DNA from: an uncultured Thermoleophilia bacterium
Lineage (GTDB): Bacteria > Actinomycetota > Thermoleophilia > UBA2241
Length of the DNA stretch: 64,000 nt
Assembly (NCBI GenBank): GCA_963717285.1
Contig: CAVQVW010000002.1
Coordinates: 187,445 to 251,444, forward strand
Direction of reading: 5' to 3'
Every line of letters starts with the position of its first letter. The first letter of the stretch is position 1. The notes beneath the pieces are model-generated. The model ran no database searches, was not told where the DNA came from, and saw only the letters and a list, made by a program, of their open reading frames with translations. The translations under genes were made by a program, and so were the position numbers. Below are positions 19,475 to 29,503 of this stretch, one piece after another.

Positions 19475-19708
19475 CTAGTCGACGATCTCGACGACGACTC
19501 GCTTGCCGTCGCGGACGGCGGAGGCCTTGATGATGGTACGCAAGGCACGGGCGATGCGCCCCTGCTTGCCGATCACCTTGCCGACGTCGTCCTTGTCCAC
19601 GGAGAGTTCGAGCAGGACCGTGGTATCCGTCTCGGTGACCAAGACACGAACCTCGGCGGGGTTGTCGACGAGAGACTTGGCTAGGTACTCGAGCAGGTCC
19701 TTCAACAT
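19475..19708 (-). CDS. KH-domain RNA-binding protein (YlqC/UPF0109 family)
   Basis: VGKVIGKQGRIARALRTI (GXXG KH motif); conserved position between rpsP and rimM. Confidence 0.8.
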   Translation of the reverse strand: MLKDLLEYLAKSLVDNPAEVRVLVTETDTTVLLELSVDKDDVGKVIGKQGRIARALRTIIKASAVRDGKRVVVEIVD

Positions 19709-19744
19709 GCCGCTCCTCCGTCGGACCGGGGTGGACTGCCTTGC

Positions 19745-19990
19745 CTACTTGCCGATCCCCTTGATGGCGAGCAGCTTCTGCACGGTGCGGCTTGGCTGTA
19801 CCCCTTCCGCCAGCCACTTCTTGGCCTTCTCGGCGTCGATCTCGATGAACGAAGGCTCGGTGCGGGGGTTGTACTGGCCTATCGTCTCGATGGCGCGGCC
19901 GTCGCGGCGGGCTCTGGAGTCGACGACGACGATGCGGTAGATGGGCTTCTTGGTGCTCCCGACCCGGCTCAATCTCATTCGTGCTGCCAA
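19745..19990 (-). CDS. rpsP: 30S ribosomal protein S16
   Basis: RLSRVGSTKKPIYRIVVVDSR. TTG start preceded by GGAGGGG. Confidence 0.9.
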   Translation of the reverse strand: MAARMRLSRVGSTKKPIYRIVVVDSRARRDGRAIETIGQYNPRTEPSFIEIDAEKAKKWLAEGVQPSRTVQKLLAIKGIGK

Positions 19991-20092
19991 CTTGCTTCCC
20001 CTCCTTGGGGTGAGAGAACGTCGCTGCGACCACGACGGCGACAGCGGATTACGCGTCCTTCGCGGCTCAAGCGAGCCGCCCGACTCACTATT

Positions 20093-21421
20093 CTACTCGC
20101 TCAGGCCCGGCAGACGAAACCCCTTCTGTCGTCCGCTGGCCAGACCCTTCATCATCTTCTGCATCTCGCGGTACTGCTTGAGCAGCTGGTTGACCTGCTG
20201 GACGCTCGTCCCGCTGCCCCGCGCGATCCGCCGCCGCCGGCTGCCGTCGATGAGATCCGGTTGACGACGTTCCAGGGCGGTCATGGAGAAGATCATGGCC
20301 TCGATGTGGTCGAGCTGACGGTCGTCGACCTGCACGTTCTTGAGCTCCTTGATGCCGGGCACGCCCGGCAGCATGCCGATGATACTGGAGAGAGACCCCA
20401 TCTTGCGTATCTGCTTGAGCTGCTCGAGGAAGTCTTCGAAGGTGAACTCGGCGCGCCGCAGGCGCGCCTCCATCGCCGCCGCCTGCTTCTCGTCGAGCGA
20501 CAGCTCAGCCTTTTCGATGAGCGAGATCACATCGCCCATGCCCAGAATGCGGCTGGCCATGCGGTCGGGGTGGAAGACGTCGAAGTCACCGAGCTTCTCG
20601 CCACTGCTCGCGAACTTGATGGGCTTGCCCGTGACGGCGCGCACGCTGAGTGCGGCGCCGCCCCTGGCGTCGCCGTCCAGTTTGGTCAGCACGACGCCGT
20701 CAAGGTCGATGTGCTGTCGGAACTCCTCCGCGGCGTTGACGGCGTCCTGGCCCGTCATGGCGTCGACGACCAGCAGGATGTTGTGCGGCTTCACGGTGCG
20801 GCGAATGCGCACGAGCTCGTCCATGAGCTCCTCGTCGATGTGCAGCCGTCCTGCGGTGTCGATGATCGCCACATCGCCGTGCTGGCGCGCGTACGCCACG
20901 CCGTCGCGGGCGATGTCGACGGGGTCGAAGTCTGGCCCCGGTGCGTAGATCGGAACGTCGACGCGCTCGGCGAGCGTTTGCAGCTGGTCGATGGCCGCCG
21001 GCCTGTACACATCGGCGGCGATCAGGACAGGCTGTTTGCCCTCCTTCTTGAGGAGCTGGGCGAGCTTGGCGCAGGTCGTCGTCTTGCCCGATCCCTGGAG
21101 GCCTGCGAGCAGAACGATCGTCGGGGCGTGACCGCTGATGGCGAGCTTGGAGTCGCCCCCGCCCATGAGAGCGACGAGCTCCTCGTTCACGATCTTCACG
21201 ACCTGTTGCGCCGGCGTGAGACTCTCCATCACCTCGGCGCCAAGGGAACGCTCCTTCACGTGCGCGACGAAGTCGCGCACCACCTGGAAGTTGACATCGG
21301 CCTCCAGCAGCGCCAGGCGGATCTCGCGCATCGCCGCGTCGACCTCCTGGGCGCCGAGCTTGCCGTGTCCCTTGAGGCTCTGCATGACGCCCTGAAGACG
21401 GTCTGTGAGTGCATCGAACAC
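20093..21421 (-). CDS. ffh: Signal recognition particle protein Ffh
   Basis: GLQGSGKTTT, DTAGRLH, Met-rich M domain (IGMLPG...MMKG). Confidence 0.95.
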   Translation of the reverse strand: MFDALTDRLQGVMQSLKGHGKLGAQEVDAAMREIRLALLEADVNFQVVRDFVAHVKERSLGAEVMESLTPAQQVVKIVNEELVALMGGGDSKLAISGHAPTIVLLAGLQGSGKTTTCAKLAQLLKKEGKQPVLIAADVYRPAAIDQLQTLAERVDVPIYAPGPDFDPVDIARDGVAYARQHGDVAIIDTAGRLHIDEELMDELVRIRRTVKPHNILLVVDAMTGQDAVNAAEEFRQHIDLDGVVLTKLDGDARGGAALSVRAVTGKPIKFASSGEKLGDFDVFHPDRMASRILGMGDVISLIEKAELSLDEKQAAAMEARLRRAEFTFEDFLEQLKQIRKMGSLSSIIGMLPGVPGIKELKNVQVDDRQLDHIEAMIFSMTALERRQPDLIDGSRRRRIARGSGTSVQQVNQLLKQYREMQKMMKGLASGRQKGFRLPGLSE

Positions 21422-21668
21422 TGTCGGCCCTCGGCTCGGTTCCGCGGATGGCCACTATGGTAGCACGAGAGGTCCGGGCTCACTGCGCGGGGGAAGGGCA
21501 CCCCAGGCGGCATCGCCGGGGACGCCTCGCGATCCGTTGCGTGCCCTCTCCCCCACCGCTCTCCGGTTTGGCGTCGGGCAGAGGACGGTCAGGTGCGCGG
21601 CTTCGACGCCCCGTGCGACCCCTGGGCGCACGGCCGGGCGACGCGACGCCAGGTCGGCGGCGGACAGA

Positions 21669-22688
21669 TCAGTCGTCGGCCTCTGACTCGTCGGCGCTCC
21701 CGAAGATGGCTCGCGCGAACACCTCGGGCTCGAAGGGGCGCAGATCCTCGAGCCGTTCTCCGACTCCGATGAGCTTGATCGGGATGCCGAGCGTCTCGTG
21801 GATGGCGACGACAATGCCGCCCTTGGCCGTGCCGTCGAGCTTGGTGAGTACGACCCCGCTCACGTCCACCGCCTGCTGGAACTCCTGGGCCTGTCGCAGG
21901 CCGTTCTGACCTGTGGTCGCGTCGATCACGAGCAGGGTCTCGTGCGGTGCTCCGGGCATCTGCCTCTCAACGACCCGGCGCGTCTTCTCGAGCTCCCGCA
22001 TGAGGTTCACCTGAGTGTGCAGGCGCCCCGCCGTGTCGACGAGCACGACGTCGGACCCGCGTGAGCGGGCGGCGACCAGTCCGTCGTACACGACAGCGGA
22101 GGGGTCGCCTCCCTCATCCTGCTTGACGATGTCGCAACCGACACGCGAGGACCACTCCGTGAGTTGCTGCACGGCGGCGGCACGAAACGTGTCGCCGGCG
22201 ACCATCATCGGAGTCTTGCCAAGCTCGCTGAGGCGCCAGGCCATCTTGCCGATGGTGGTCGTCTTGCCGGCACCGTTGACGCCCACCATGAGGATCACCG
22301 ACGGCGTGGCCCTGACGTCGATCCTCTGGCGCTCGGGGTCGTCTGGTCGCAGGATGTCGGCGATTACGGATGAGAGCTCGTCCAAGCACGCGTCGCGGTC
22401 GCTGATCCCCTTCCGAATGCAGCGCTCCTCAAGCTGGTCGACGATCCGCAGCGTGCCCGCCATGCCCACGTCGGCGACGATTAGCATCTCCTCGATCTGT
22501 TCGTAGAGCTGTTTGTCGACGCCGACGTAGACGGTCGCCAGCAGTTGGTCGCGAACCACGGAGCGCGCTCTGCTGAGATTCTTGCGGAAGCGGGCGACCA
22601 GACCCTCTCGCTCGCGCTCCTCTTGGGCGAAGACGGCCTCCGGGACCTGTTCGACCGGCACACCCATGAAGACATCGTGCCACTCCAC
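21669..22688 (-). CDS. ftsY: SRP receptor FtsY
   Basis: GVNGAGKTTTIGK, DTAGRLH, TKLDGTAKGG. Confidence 0.9.
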   Translation of the reverse strand: MEWHDVFMGVPVEQVPEAVFAQEEREREGLVARFRKNLSRARSVVRDQLLATVYVGVDKQLYEQIEEMLIVADVGMAGTLRIVDQLEERCIRKGISDRDACLDELSSVIADILRPDDPERQRIDVRATPSVILMVGVNGAGKTTTIGKMAWRLSELGKTPMMVAGDTFRAAAVQQLTEWSSRVGCDIVKQDEGGDPSAVVYDGLVAARSRGSDVVLVDTAGRLHTQVNLMRELEKTRRVVERQMPGAPHETLLVIDATTGQNGLRQAQEFQQAVDVSGVVLTKLDGTAKGGIVVAIHETLGIPIKLIGVGERLEDLRPFEPEVFARAIFGSADESEADD

Positions 22689-22742
22689 TTGCTTCTCCCC
22701 TGCGTCGGTTCGCCGGCCGCCTGCCTGCGCCGCTGACTCCGG

Positions 22743-25700
22743 CTAGTTCGCCTCACGGTCGATGGCCTTCTCGGCCATGCGCGCGCTCACGACCTGCGAA
22801 GCGCCGTCCGGTCCCATGGTGACGCCGTACAGCACGTCGGCGGCGTCCATCGTCCGCTTCTGGTGTGTGATCACGACGAACTGTGTGCGTTCGCGGTAGT
22901 CGCGCAACAGCTGCACGAGGCGGCCGATGTTGACGTCATCGAGGGCGGCCTCGATCTCGTCGAGGACGTACAGGGGGCTTGGCCGGGCCAGCACGAGAGC
23001 CATGAGGAAGGCGATCGCCACGAGGGCGCGCTCGCCGCCGGAGAGAAGCTGCAGCCTCTGTCCGAGCTTCTTCGCCGGCTTGACCTGGACGCTGACCCCG
23101 CCCGCGCCGTCCTGCTCACTCGGTTCCACGAGCTCGAGCGAGCCGCGTCCGCCGGGGAAGAGCACTGAGACCATGTGCACGAACTGCTCTTGCACGGCGG
23201 CGAAGGTCTCCGCGAACTCTGAGTCGACTTGGCCGGTGAGCTGCTTGATGAGCTCCTCGAGGTCGGCTACGGAGCGCTCCAGATCCCGGCGTTGGTCGCG
23301 CAGGAAGACAGCGCGCTCTTCAAGCTCCGCGCACTCGGCCGCGGCGAGCGGGTTCACCGGGCCGATGCGTTCGCGGCGGCGCGTGAAGAGCTCGAGGCGC
23401 TTGCGCAGCGTCTGCTCCTCGGCGTCATCAGCCGGGGCTGCGAAGCCAGCCCGGTCGATCTGCTCGCTGATCTCATCGAGAGCGGCGGCCAGCTCCCGAC
23501 GTCGGTCCTCGTGGCGAGACGCCGCTACCTGCACGGCGAGTCGCCGCTCGTTCGCGCCTTCGAGCTCGCGGCGCAGAGCGGCCTCTCGCTCGGCGAGCGC
23601 GCGAAGCTCGCTGCGATCCAGAGCCGCATCGTCGCGAGCGCTGGGCTCGACGCCTGCCGCGACGCGCTGGGCATGTCCACGAACTGCCGCGATGCGTGCG
23701 GCGAGCGCCTCGCAGATGTCTCTCACGGCCGGCAGCTCGACGAGTCGCCCATCGAGCTCCTCGAGGCGGGCGCGCCCGGCGGCGGCGCGCTCACGGGCGG
23801 CCGCCCGCTGCGCCCTGGCGCGGTCTTCCGCTGCGCGCCGCTCCTCGAGCTCGACGCGACGCCGTGTCACGCGTGTCTGCGCGGCAGCGTAGTCGGCCTC
23901 GATGGCGTCTACCTCCGTCTCGGCGGTATCGAGAGCCGGGCGCAGCTGCTCGGCTTGGAACAACGCTTCGGCGGCCGAGGCAGTGGCGGCCTCCTCGGCA
24001 GCGCCCGCTTCCGCGCGCTCTGCCGTGATCGCCTCAAGGGCACGCTGATCGCGCGCGGCGACCGCCTCGAGATCTCGCCCCCGGGAGCGAAGGGCTTCGA
24101 GCTCCCGCTCCTGCTTCTCGGCGGCGATGCGCGCCTCACGCTCGGCCGCCGCGAACTCTTCATGGGCGTCGCGCGAAGCTTCCGCCTCAGCGTGCCTCAG
24201 CACAGCGGCGGCCGCTTCCCGCGCCACACGGCCGCGGACGTCGCCGATCCGCCCCTCGAGACGCTTGAGGGAAGCACGGCGCTCCAGGAGCAACGCCGTG
24301 GGAACTCCGCCCGCCAGGCCCATCTGCCCGGCCAGTGGGCGGTAGAACTCCCCCTGCCGGGTGACGGCGAGTCCCGCGAAGTTGCCCGGGACGCTGCGCA
24401 GGTCGTCGACCAGCACGACGTCGGCGAGTGCGTTCTCGAGCTCGTCGCGGCCCCCGAGGTCGACCTTGTCCAGAAGTGGCACAGCCCCGGGAAACGCCGT
24501 TCGCGGCCGTGCGCCTGAGGCGGTGACGACCAGCCGCACCAGACCGATCCCCGCCTCCCTCAGGGCGCTGAGCAGCGACCAGTGATCGATGTCTCCGGGT
24601 ACGGCCAGTGCAGCTCCCGTCGTCTGGGACAGCGCTGCCGCCAAGGCACGCTCGTACCCTGCGGCGCAGGACACTGAGGCGGTGATCGAGGCGGTGCCGG
24701 GGTACTTCTCGGCCACGCCGAGCACCTGCGCATCGACATCGCGAAGCTCGCGGAGTGTGGCGCTCAAGTGCTCCGCCTCCTCCTCGATGGCACGCAGTTC
24801 GCCGACGGCGGCGTGGTGGCGCTCACGTGCTTCATCCGCCGCTTCATCCGCCGCCAGCGCAGCCGCCGATGCGGCTGCAGCTGCAGCTGCAGCCGCATCC
24901 AGCGAATCGCGCGCCGACGACTCCGCCGCCTGAGCGGCGTCGCCGGCAGCCGCGTTCTCGCGCGCCTCCTCCGTGAGATCGCGATGCTGGACGAGGAGGC
25001 GCGCCTCTTCGCCCGTCAAGGCCAGTCTGCGCCGCTCGAGGCGCGCGGCTGCCGCCAGAGCTGTTTCGCGCTCCAGCGTGAGCCGCGCCAGCGCGGCACG
25101 CCGCGAAGCGAGCGCCCCACGCGCGGCCTCCAGCTGCGTGGCGATCGCCCCGTGCGCCGCCACGGCGTCTTCAAGTTCCTCTTCGAGCTTCTTCTCGACT
25201 GGCGACCATGCATCGCCGGCGGGTTCGTCGGGGAGGCCGGTCAGCTCGTGGAGCAGGCGCTCGCGTTCAGCCGTAGCGGCGCGCTCCATCTCCGCGACAA
25301 GGCGCAGGCGCTGGTCCGTGAGCCGTTGTGCGCTCTCGAGGCGCCCGTCGAGCATTCGGGAGCGCAGCAGACGCTGGGAGCGTCGTTCGCGCTCCGCGAG
25401 CCGGCGGGCGAAGGACTCCTCTTCGGAAGTTCGTGCCTCAGCCACTCGAGCAAGGCCTTCTTCGTCGCGTCTGCAGGTGCCCGCGATGGCGGCGAGCTCT
25501 GCCCTGACCGTGTCGAGTTCGGCGTCGAGCGCCGCGACGGAGCCGGTGAGCAAGCGGCCGCGGATCTCTCCGACGTCGGTCTCGATGCTCTGGAGCTGCT
25601 CCGCGGCGGAGGCCTGCCGGCGGAGCGGTGTGAGCTGGGTGCCAACCTCCCGCTCGAGCAGGGCGGCCCGTTCGAGGTTGCGGCGCACCTCGCGGAGCTT

Positions 25701-26237
25701 GAGCTCGGCGCGCTCCCTGCGGCGTTTGAACGCCCCGAGTCCGGCTGCCTCCTCGATCTGGCTGCGCCGATCCTCGGGCTTGCCCGCGAGGAACGCCTCG
25801 ACCTTCCCCTGGCCGATGATCGAGTGCATCTCCTTCCCCAGCCCGACAGGGGCAAGCAGTTCCACGACGTCCGTGAGCCGGCAGCCCGACTGATTGATGA
25901 AGTACTCGGAGGTGCCGTCTCTGGCGACGCGCCGCATCACGCTGGCCTCGGTGGTCGGCAGCGGAAGAGCTCCATCGGCGTTGTCGAAGGTGAGTTCGAC
26001 CTCGGCGCTGGCAAGGGCACGGCGGCCGTCGCTGCCCGCGAAGATCACGTCGTGCATGGATGAGCCTCGCAAGCTCGTGGGGCTCTGCTCACCGAGTGCC
26101 CAGACGACGGCGTCGGCGAGGTTGCTCTTGCCGCTGCCGTTCGGCCCGATGATCACGCCGACGCCGGGCTCGAAGAAGAGCGAGGTCTGCTTGGGGAATG
26201 ACTTGAAGCCTTTGAGGCGCAGTGCCTTGAGGTACAC
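22743..26237 (-). CDS. smc: Chromosome partition protein Smc
   Basis: 1164 aa. N-terminal GPNGSGKSN, long Ala/Glu/Arg coiled coils, hinge, C-terminal LSGGERAL and Walker B LYVLDEIEAALD. Confidence 0.95.
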   Translation of the reverse strand: MYLKALRLKGFKSFPKQTSLFFEPGVGVIIGPNGSGKSNLADAVVWALGEQSPTSLRGSSMHDVIFAGSDGRRALASAEVELTFDNADGALPLPTTEASVMRRVARDGTSEYFINQSGCRLTDVVELLAPVGLGKEMHSIIGQGKVEAFLAGKPEDRRSQIEEAAGLGAFKRRRERAELKLREVRRNLERAALLEREVGTQLTPLRRQASAAEQLQSIETDVGEIRGRLLTGSVAALDAELDTVRAELAAIAGTCRRDEEGLARVAEARTSEEESFARRLAERERRSQRLLRSRMLDGRLESAQRLTDQRLRLVAEMERAATAERERLLHELTGLPDEPAGDAWSPVEKKLEEELEDAVAAHGAIATQLEAARGALASRRAALARLTLERETALAAAARLERRRLALTGEEARLLVQHRDLTEEARENAAAGDAAQAAESSARDSLDAAAAAAAAASAAALAADEAADEARERHHAAVGELRAIEEEAEHLSATLRELRDVDAQVLGVAEKYPGTASITASVSCAAGYERALAAALSQTTGAALAVPGDIDHWSLLSALREAGIGLVRLVVTASGARPRTAFPGAVPLLDKVDLGGRDELENALADVVLVDDLRSVPGNFAGLAVTRQGEFYRPLAGQMGLAGGVPTALLLERRASLKRLEGRIGDVRGRVAREAAAAVLRHAEAEASRDAHEEFAAAEREARIAAEKQERELEALRSRGRDLEAVAARDQRALEAITAERAEAGAAEEAATASAAEALFQAEQLRPALDTAETEVDAIEADYAAAQTRVTRRRVELEERRAAEDRARAQRAAARERAAAGRARLEELDGRLVELPAVRDICEALAARIAAVRGHAQRVAAGVEPSARDDAALDRSELRALAEREAALRRELEGANERRLAVQVAASRHEDRRRELAAALDEISEQIDRAGFAAPADDAEEQTLRKRLELFTRRRERIGPVNPLAAAECAELEERAVFLRDQRRDLERSVADLEELIKQLTGQVDSEFAETFAAVQEQFVHMVSVLFPGGRGSLELVEPSEQDGAGGVSVQVKPAKKLGQRLQLLSGGERALVAIAFLMALVLARPSPLYVLDEIEAALDDVNIGRLVQLLRDYRERTQFVVITHQKRTMDAADVLYGVTMGPDGASQVVSARMAEKAIDREAN

Positions 26238-26239
26238 GC

Positions 26240-26974
26240 TCAGTGGGCCTCGAGAGAGGCCGCAGGACGACTCGGCGGCGTCGCGCGCGTCTCGGACCGG
26301 GCCTCGGCGTGTAACTTGTTCAGCGCCTCCCGGGCGGCGTTCTGCTCGGCGCGCTTCTTGCTGCTCCCGACGCCACTGCCGAGAGCCTCGTCGCCGACCT
26401 GTGCTTCGACTTCGAACTCCCGGTCGTGAGCGGGGCCCTTGGATGAGAGGACCCTGTACCGGACCGCCCGGCCGTCTCGCGCGAGCTGCTCCTGTAGCTC
26501 GGTCTTGTAATCGATGTAGCTGTTGAGCGCGTAGTCGATGTGCTCGTTGAAGACCTCGACGACGGCTGGGCGCACCGCTTCATAGCCGAAGGTCAGGTAG
26601 ACGGCTCCGATGAGTGCCTCGGTGAGGTCGGCGAGCACGTTGTCGTTGGTCTCGAGTTGAACGGCTTCTCCGCCTTCCTTGTTCTGGACGGCGCGCTCGC
26701 GCAGCTGCCTTCCGAGTCCGATCCGCGTTGCGACGCGCGTGCAGGTCGCCCGGCTCACGACGTATGCGCGCAGACGCGCGAGGTGCCCCTCCGGGAGGTC
26801 CGGGAAGCGTCGGTACAGCTCAGTGGTGATGCAGAGGCTCAGGACGCTGTCTCCCAGGAACTCGAGTCGCTCGTAGGACTCAGCCCGCGCCGCCGCCCAG
26901 GACGTATGCGTGAACACCTGTTGCAGAACGGCGCCATCGAGCTGTTCTGCCAGAACCAGAAGTCGGTGAGTCAC
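26240..26974 (-). CDS. rnc: Ribonuclease III
   Basis: ERLEFLGDSVL signature; C-terminal dsRBD (GSSKKRAEQNAAREAL). Confidence 0.9.
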   Translation of the reverse strand: MTHRLLVLAEQLDGAVLQQVFTHTSWAAARAESYERLEFLGDSVLSLCITTELYRRFPDLPEGHLARLRAYVVSRATCTRVATRIGLGRQLRERAVQNKEGGEAVQLETNDNVLADLTEALIGAVYLTFGYEAVRPAVVEVFNEHIDYALNSYIDYKTELQEQLARDGRAVRYRVLSSKGPAHDREFEVEAQVGDEALGSGVGSSKKRAEQNAAREALNKLHAEARSETRATPPSRPAASLEAH

Positions 26975-27057
26975 TCGAACGCCTCACAACAGCGGCGAGG
27001 GGACGCCTTCCGCCGCGCGGAAGGGCTTCCCTCGGCGCTCTCCAGACGATCGCCAGT

Positions 27058-27303
27058 CTACGCGTCGCTCCTCAACATGACGAAATCGACGGCGTCGCCG
27101 ACTGTCTTGATCTCGGCGGCTTCCTCGTCGCTGATCTTGATCCCGAAGTCTTCCTCCATGGTCATGACGAGTTCGACGAGGTCGAGGGAATCGGTCTCGA
27201 GATCCTCCTGGAACCGCGCTGTCATGGTGACCTTGTCTTCGTCGACACTGAGCGTGTCGACGAGGATCGTCTTGACCTGCTCGAACACCTCTTCTCGCGT
27301 CAT
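27058..27303 (-). CDS. acpP: Acyl carrier protein
   Basis: LETDSLDLVELVMTMEEDFG (DSL phosphopantetheine attachment site). Confidence 0.9.
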   Translation of the reverse strand: MTREEVFEQVKTILVDTLSVDEDKVTMTARFQEDLETDSLDLVELVMTMEEDFGIKISDEEAAEIKTVGDAVDFVMLRSDA

Positions 27304-27334
27304 CGATCAACCTCCAGACGTGTTTCGCCAGAGT

Positions 27335-28420
27335 CTATACAATGCGTTCAGGGCGAGAAAGCTCGGTCCCCAGTTCGCGGGCGATGTTGGGCTGCAGGTC
27401 GCTCACGACGCCCCGTCGTCCTTGGAGGATGGCGTTGGCGATGCCCGCGGCCCTGGAGTTGCCGTGGGCGACCACGATCGGTGCGTTCATGCCGACGAGG
27501 AGTGCACCTCCGTATCTCTCGGGGTCGAGGATGGCCCTGATCTTGAGGAGTTCTCCCCTGAGGAGCAGCCCACCGATCTTGGTGGCGGCGGAGGTGTCGA
27601 TGGTGCTGCGCAATGCGCTGAGGATCGCCCGGGCGCTGCCCTCGATGGTCTTGAGCGCCACGTTGCCTGTGAAGCCGTCGGCGACCACCACATCGACGAC
27701 GCGGTTCATGATGTCACGGCCCTCCACGTTGCCGTAGAAAGTGATGCGTGGGTCGGCAGCCAGGAGCCGATGCGCCTCGATGATCTCGGGGGTGCCCTTG
27801 GTGGGCTCTTCGCCGATGGACAGCAGCCCGACCTGCGGGTCTGGCAGGCTCATCACCTCTGTTGCGAACGCTTGGCCCATCACGGCGAACTGGACGAGGT
27901 GCTCGGGACGGCACTCCGCGTTGGCGCCGACGTCGAGAAAGGCGACCGGCGTCGGCATGCAGGGCATGATGGTGCAGATCGCCGGACGGAGGACACCCTT
28001 GATGCGGCGCACGTAGAGGACGCTGGCGGCGACCACGGCGCCCGTATTGCCTGCCGAGACGAAGGCGTCGGCCGCACCGCTGCGCACCAGGCGGAGGCCG
28101 ACGACGATGCTCGAGCTCGTCTTGTTCCGCGCCGCGTGAGCCGCCTCGTCGTTGTAGCCGATGACATCGGGAGCGTGCACTACGGAGACGTGCCGGCAGT
28201 CCTGCGGCAGTAGCGGCCGGATCTGCGCCTCGTCGCCGACCAGCACGACTTCGAGCTGATCGCCGGCGACCTGCAGGGCCCCCCTGACGGGTTCGCCGGG
28301 GGCGTGGTCACCTCCCGCTGCGTCGACGGCGACGCGCACCGTGCCTTCGTGCGCCTTGGCGCTCCAAGCCGCAGTGACTTCGTGGGGAGACGTGTAGCGC
28401 CGCATGCCGGTACCGGTCAT
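27335..28420 (-). CDS. plsX: Phosphate acyltransferase PlsX
   Basis: VAVDAAGGDHAP, GNVEGRD, ADGFTGNVALK. Confidence 0.9.
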   Translation of the reverse strand: MTGTGMRRYTSPHEVTAAWSAKAHEGTVRVAVDAAGGDHAPGEPVRGALQVAGDQLEVVLVGDEAQIRPLLPQDCRHVSVVHAPDVIGYNDEAAHAARNKTSSSIVVGLRLVRSGAADAFVSAGNTGAVVAASVLYVRRIKGVLRPAICTIMPCMPTPVAFLDVGANAECRPEHLVQFAVMGQAFATEVMSLPDPQVGLLSIGEEPTKGTPEIIEAHRLLAADPRITFYGNVEGRDIMNRVVDVVVADGFTGNVALKTIEGSARAILSALRSTIDTSAATKIGGLLLRGELLKIRAILDPERYGGALLVGMNAPIVVAHGNSRAAGIANAILQGRRGVVSDLQPNIARELGTELSRPERIV

Positions 28421-29490
28421 CCCTCGAGATCGGCGACGAGTCGGTCAAGGTCCAGGGACTCGGTGATGATTCGCGCCATCAGGTCGATCTTGGCGCCCTG
28501 GCGTACGCGCATGCGCCCAAACAGATGGCGCAGATCGTCGGCAGCCGTGACGGTGTCGCCGGCTACCGAGATGAGAGCGACGCCGCGCTCCTCGGCGCGG
28601 GCGAGGATCGACGGCTCGGGGATGTAGTTACCGGTGAGGACCACCGCGACGGTTGGCGTCTCGAGTGCGCTGAGGATGATCTTCGTCCGGTCGCCGCCCA
28701 CGATCACGGCCTTGTCCGGAGTGACCCGGAAGTGCTGCAGGGCATGCGAGGGGTTCATGGCGCCGATCATGTACGTCTCGACGAGCTCCTCCGCGTGCCT
28801 CTCGCCACAGAGGTATGCGCCGTCGAGCGCCGTCACGAGTTCGGCCACGGAGACGGCGGCCAACCGCGGGTTGGTCGCCAGCGCGCCGTAGCTGGTGACC
28901 CCGGCCTGGGACAGCAGCGGGGCGTACTGATCGCGCACGAGGTCGAGACGTGACTCAGGCACCATGTTGAAGAGAACGCCCATGAGGCGGTGCTTGAGAG
29001 CCTCCTTGACGTAGAGGACGTCATCCAGAAGGCGGGCTCCAGCGAACTTGGCGATCAGTAGGGCCATGAGGTCGAGTCGCTCAACCACATCGGCTCCACT
29101 GGCGCGTAGAAAGCGTCCCTGCCAGATCTCGCCGAGACCCTCGCAGACGACGGCATCCTTGCCCTGCCGGACCCTCTCGTAGGCTGCCGTGACTCGACTC
29201 ATCGGGTCAGCCTCGGACGGGTCGAAAACGTCGTGGAGGGCGTCCTCGTGGAGTACCACAGGGCAGATGTCGCTGAGCTGATCGTCGAGCCCGAGGAGGT
29301 CGGCGACGAACCTGGCATCCTCGTCGAAAGGAGCTTTGTCGTCGGCGAGGGCCGATGTGGAGATCACCCCCACAGGCTTGAAGTACCCGACGTTGAGACC
29401 GCGTTGGCGAAGAGCAAGGCACAGACCGCCGGCGAGCGCAGTCTTGCCTCCGCTGGCTTGGGTGCAGGCGATGTAGAGCGACTTGGGCAC
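28417..29490 (-). CDS. Stand-alone BioD-like P-loop plus DRTGG domain protein (Pta N-terminal-domain-like)
   Basis: N-terminus YIACTQASGGKTALAGGLCLALRQRGLNVGYFKPVG; later VIVGGDRTKIILSALETPTVAVVLTGNY (DRTGG motif). No phosphotransacetylase catalytic domain. Confidence 0.7.
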   Translation of the reverse strand: MPKSLYIACTQASGGKTALAGGLCLALRQRGLNVGYFKPVGVISTSALADDKAPFDEDARFVADLLGLDDQLSDICPVVLHEDALHDVFDPSEADPMSRVTAAYERVRQGKDAVVCEGLGEIWQGRFLRASGADVVERLDLMALLIAKFAGARLLDDVLYVKEALKHRLMGVLFNMVPESRLDLVRDQYAPLLSQAGVTSYGALATNPRLAAVSVAELVTALDGAYLCGERHAEELVETYMIGAMNPSHALQHFRVTPDKAVIVGGDRTKIILSALETPTVAVVLTGNYIPEPSILARAEERGVALISVAGDTVTAADDLRHLFGRMRVRQGAKIDLMARIITESLDLDRLVADLEG

Positions 29491-29503
29491 GAGACCCCGG
29501 GGG

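Noticed and set aside
21422-21668. Possible SRP (4.5S) RNA gene in the ftsY-ffh spacer.
   Set aside because: I looked on both strands for the conserved domain IV motif (GGUCCGGAAGGAAGCAGC-like with a GNRA loop). I found only a loose GGTCCGGG...GGAAGGGCA resemblance, which is not enough to call.
24820-24910. Short tandem DNA repeats inside smc: gcttcatccgcc x2 and gcagct x3, encoding a poly-Ala run (DAAAAAAAAASAAALAADEAADEA).
   Set aside because: This is low-complexity coiled-coil coding sequence in an Ala-rich protein, not a CRISPR-like or regulatory repeat. It may vary in length, but there is no evidence of function.
27016-27034. Small hairpin (CCTTCCG-ccgcg-CGGAAGG) between acpP and rnc as a terminator or RNase III site.
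   Set aside because: The stem is only 7 bp and there is no U-tract. It is plausible but too weak to list as a feature.
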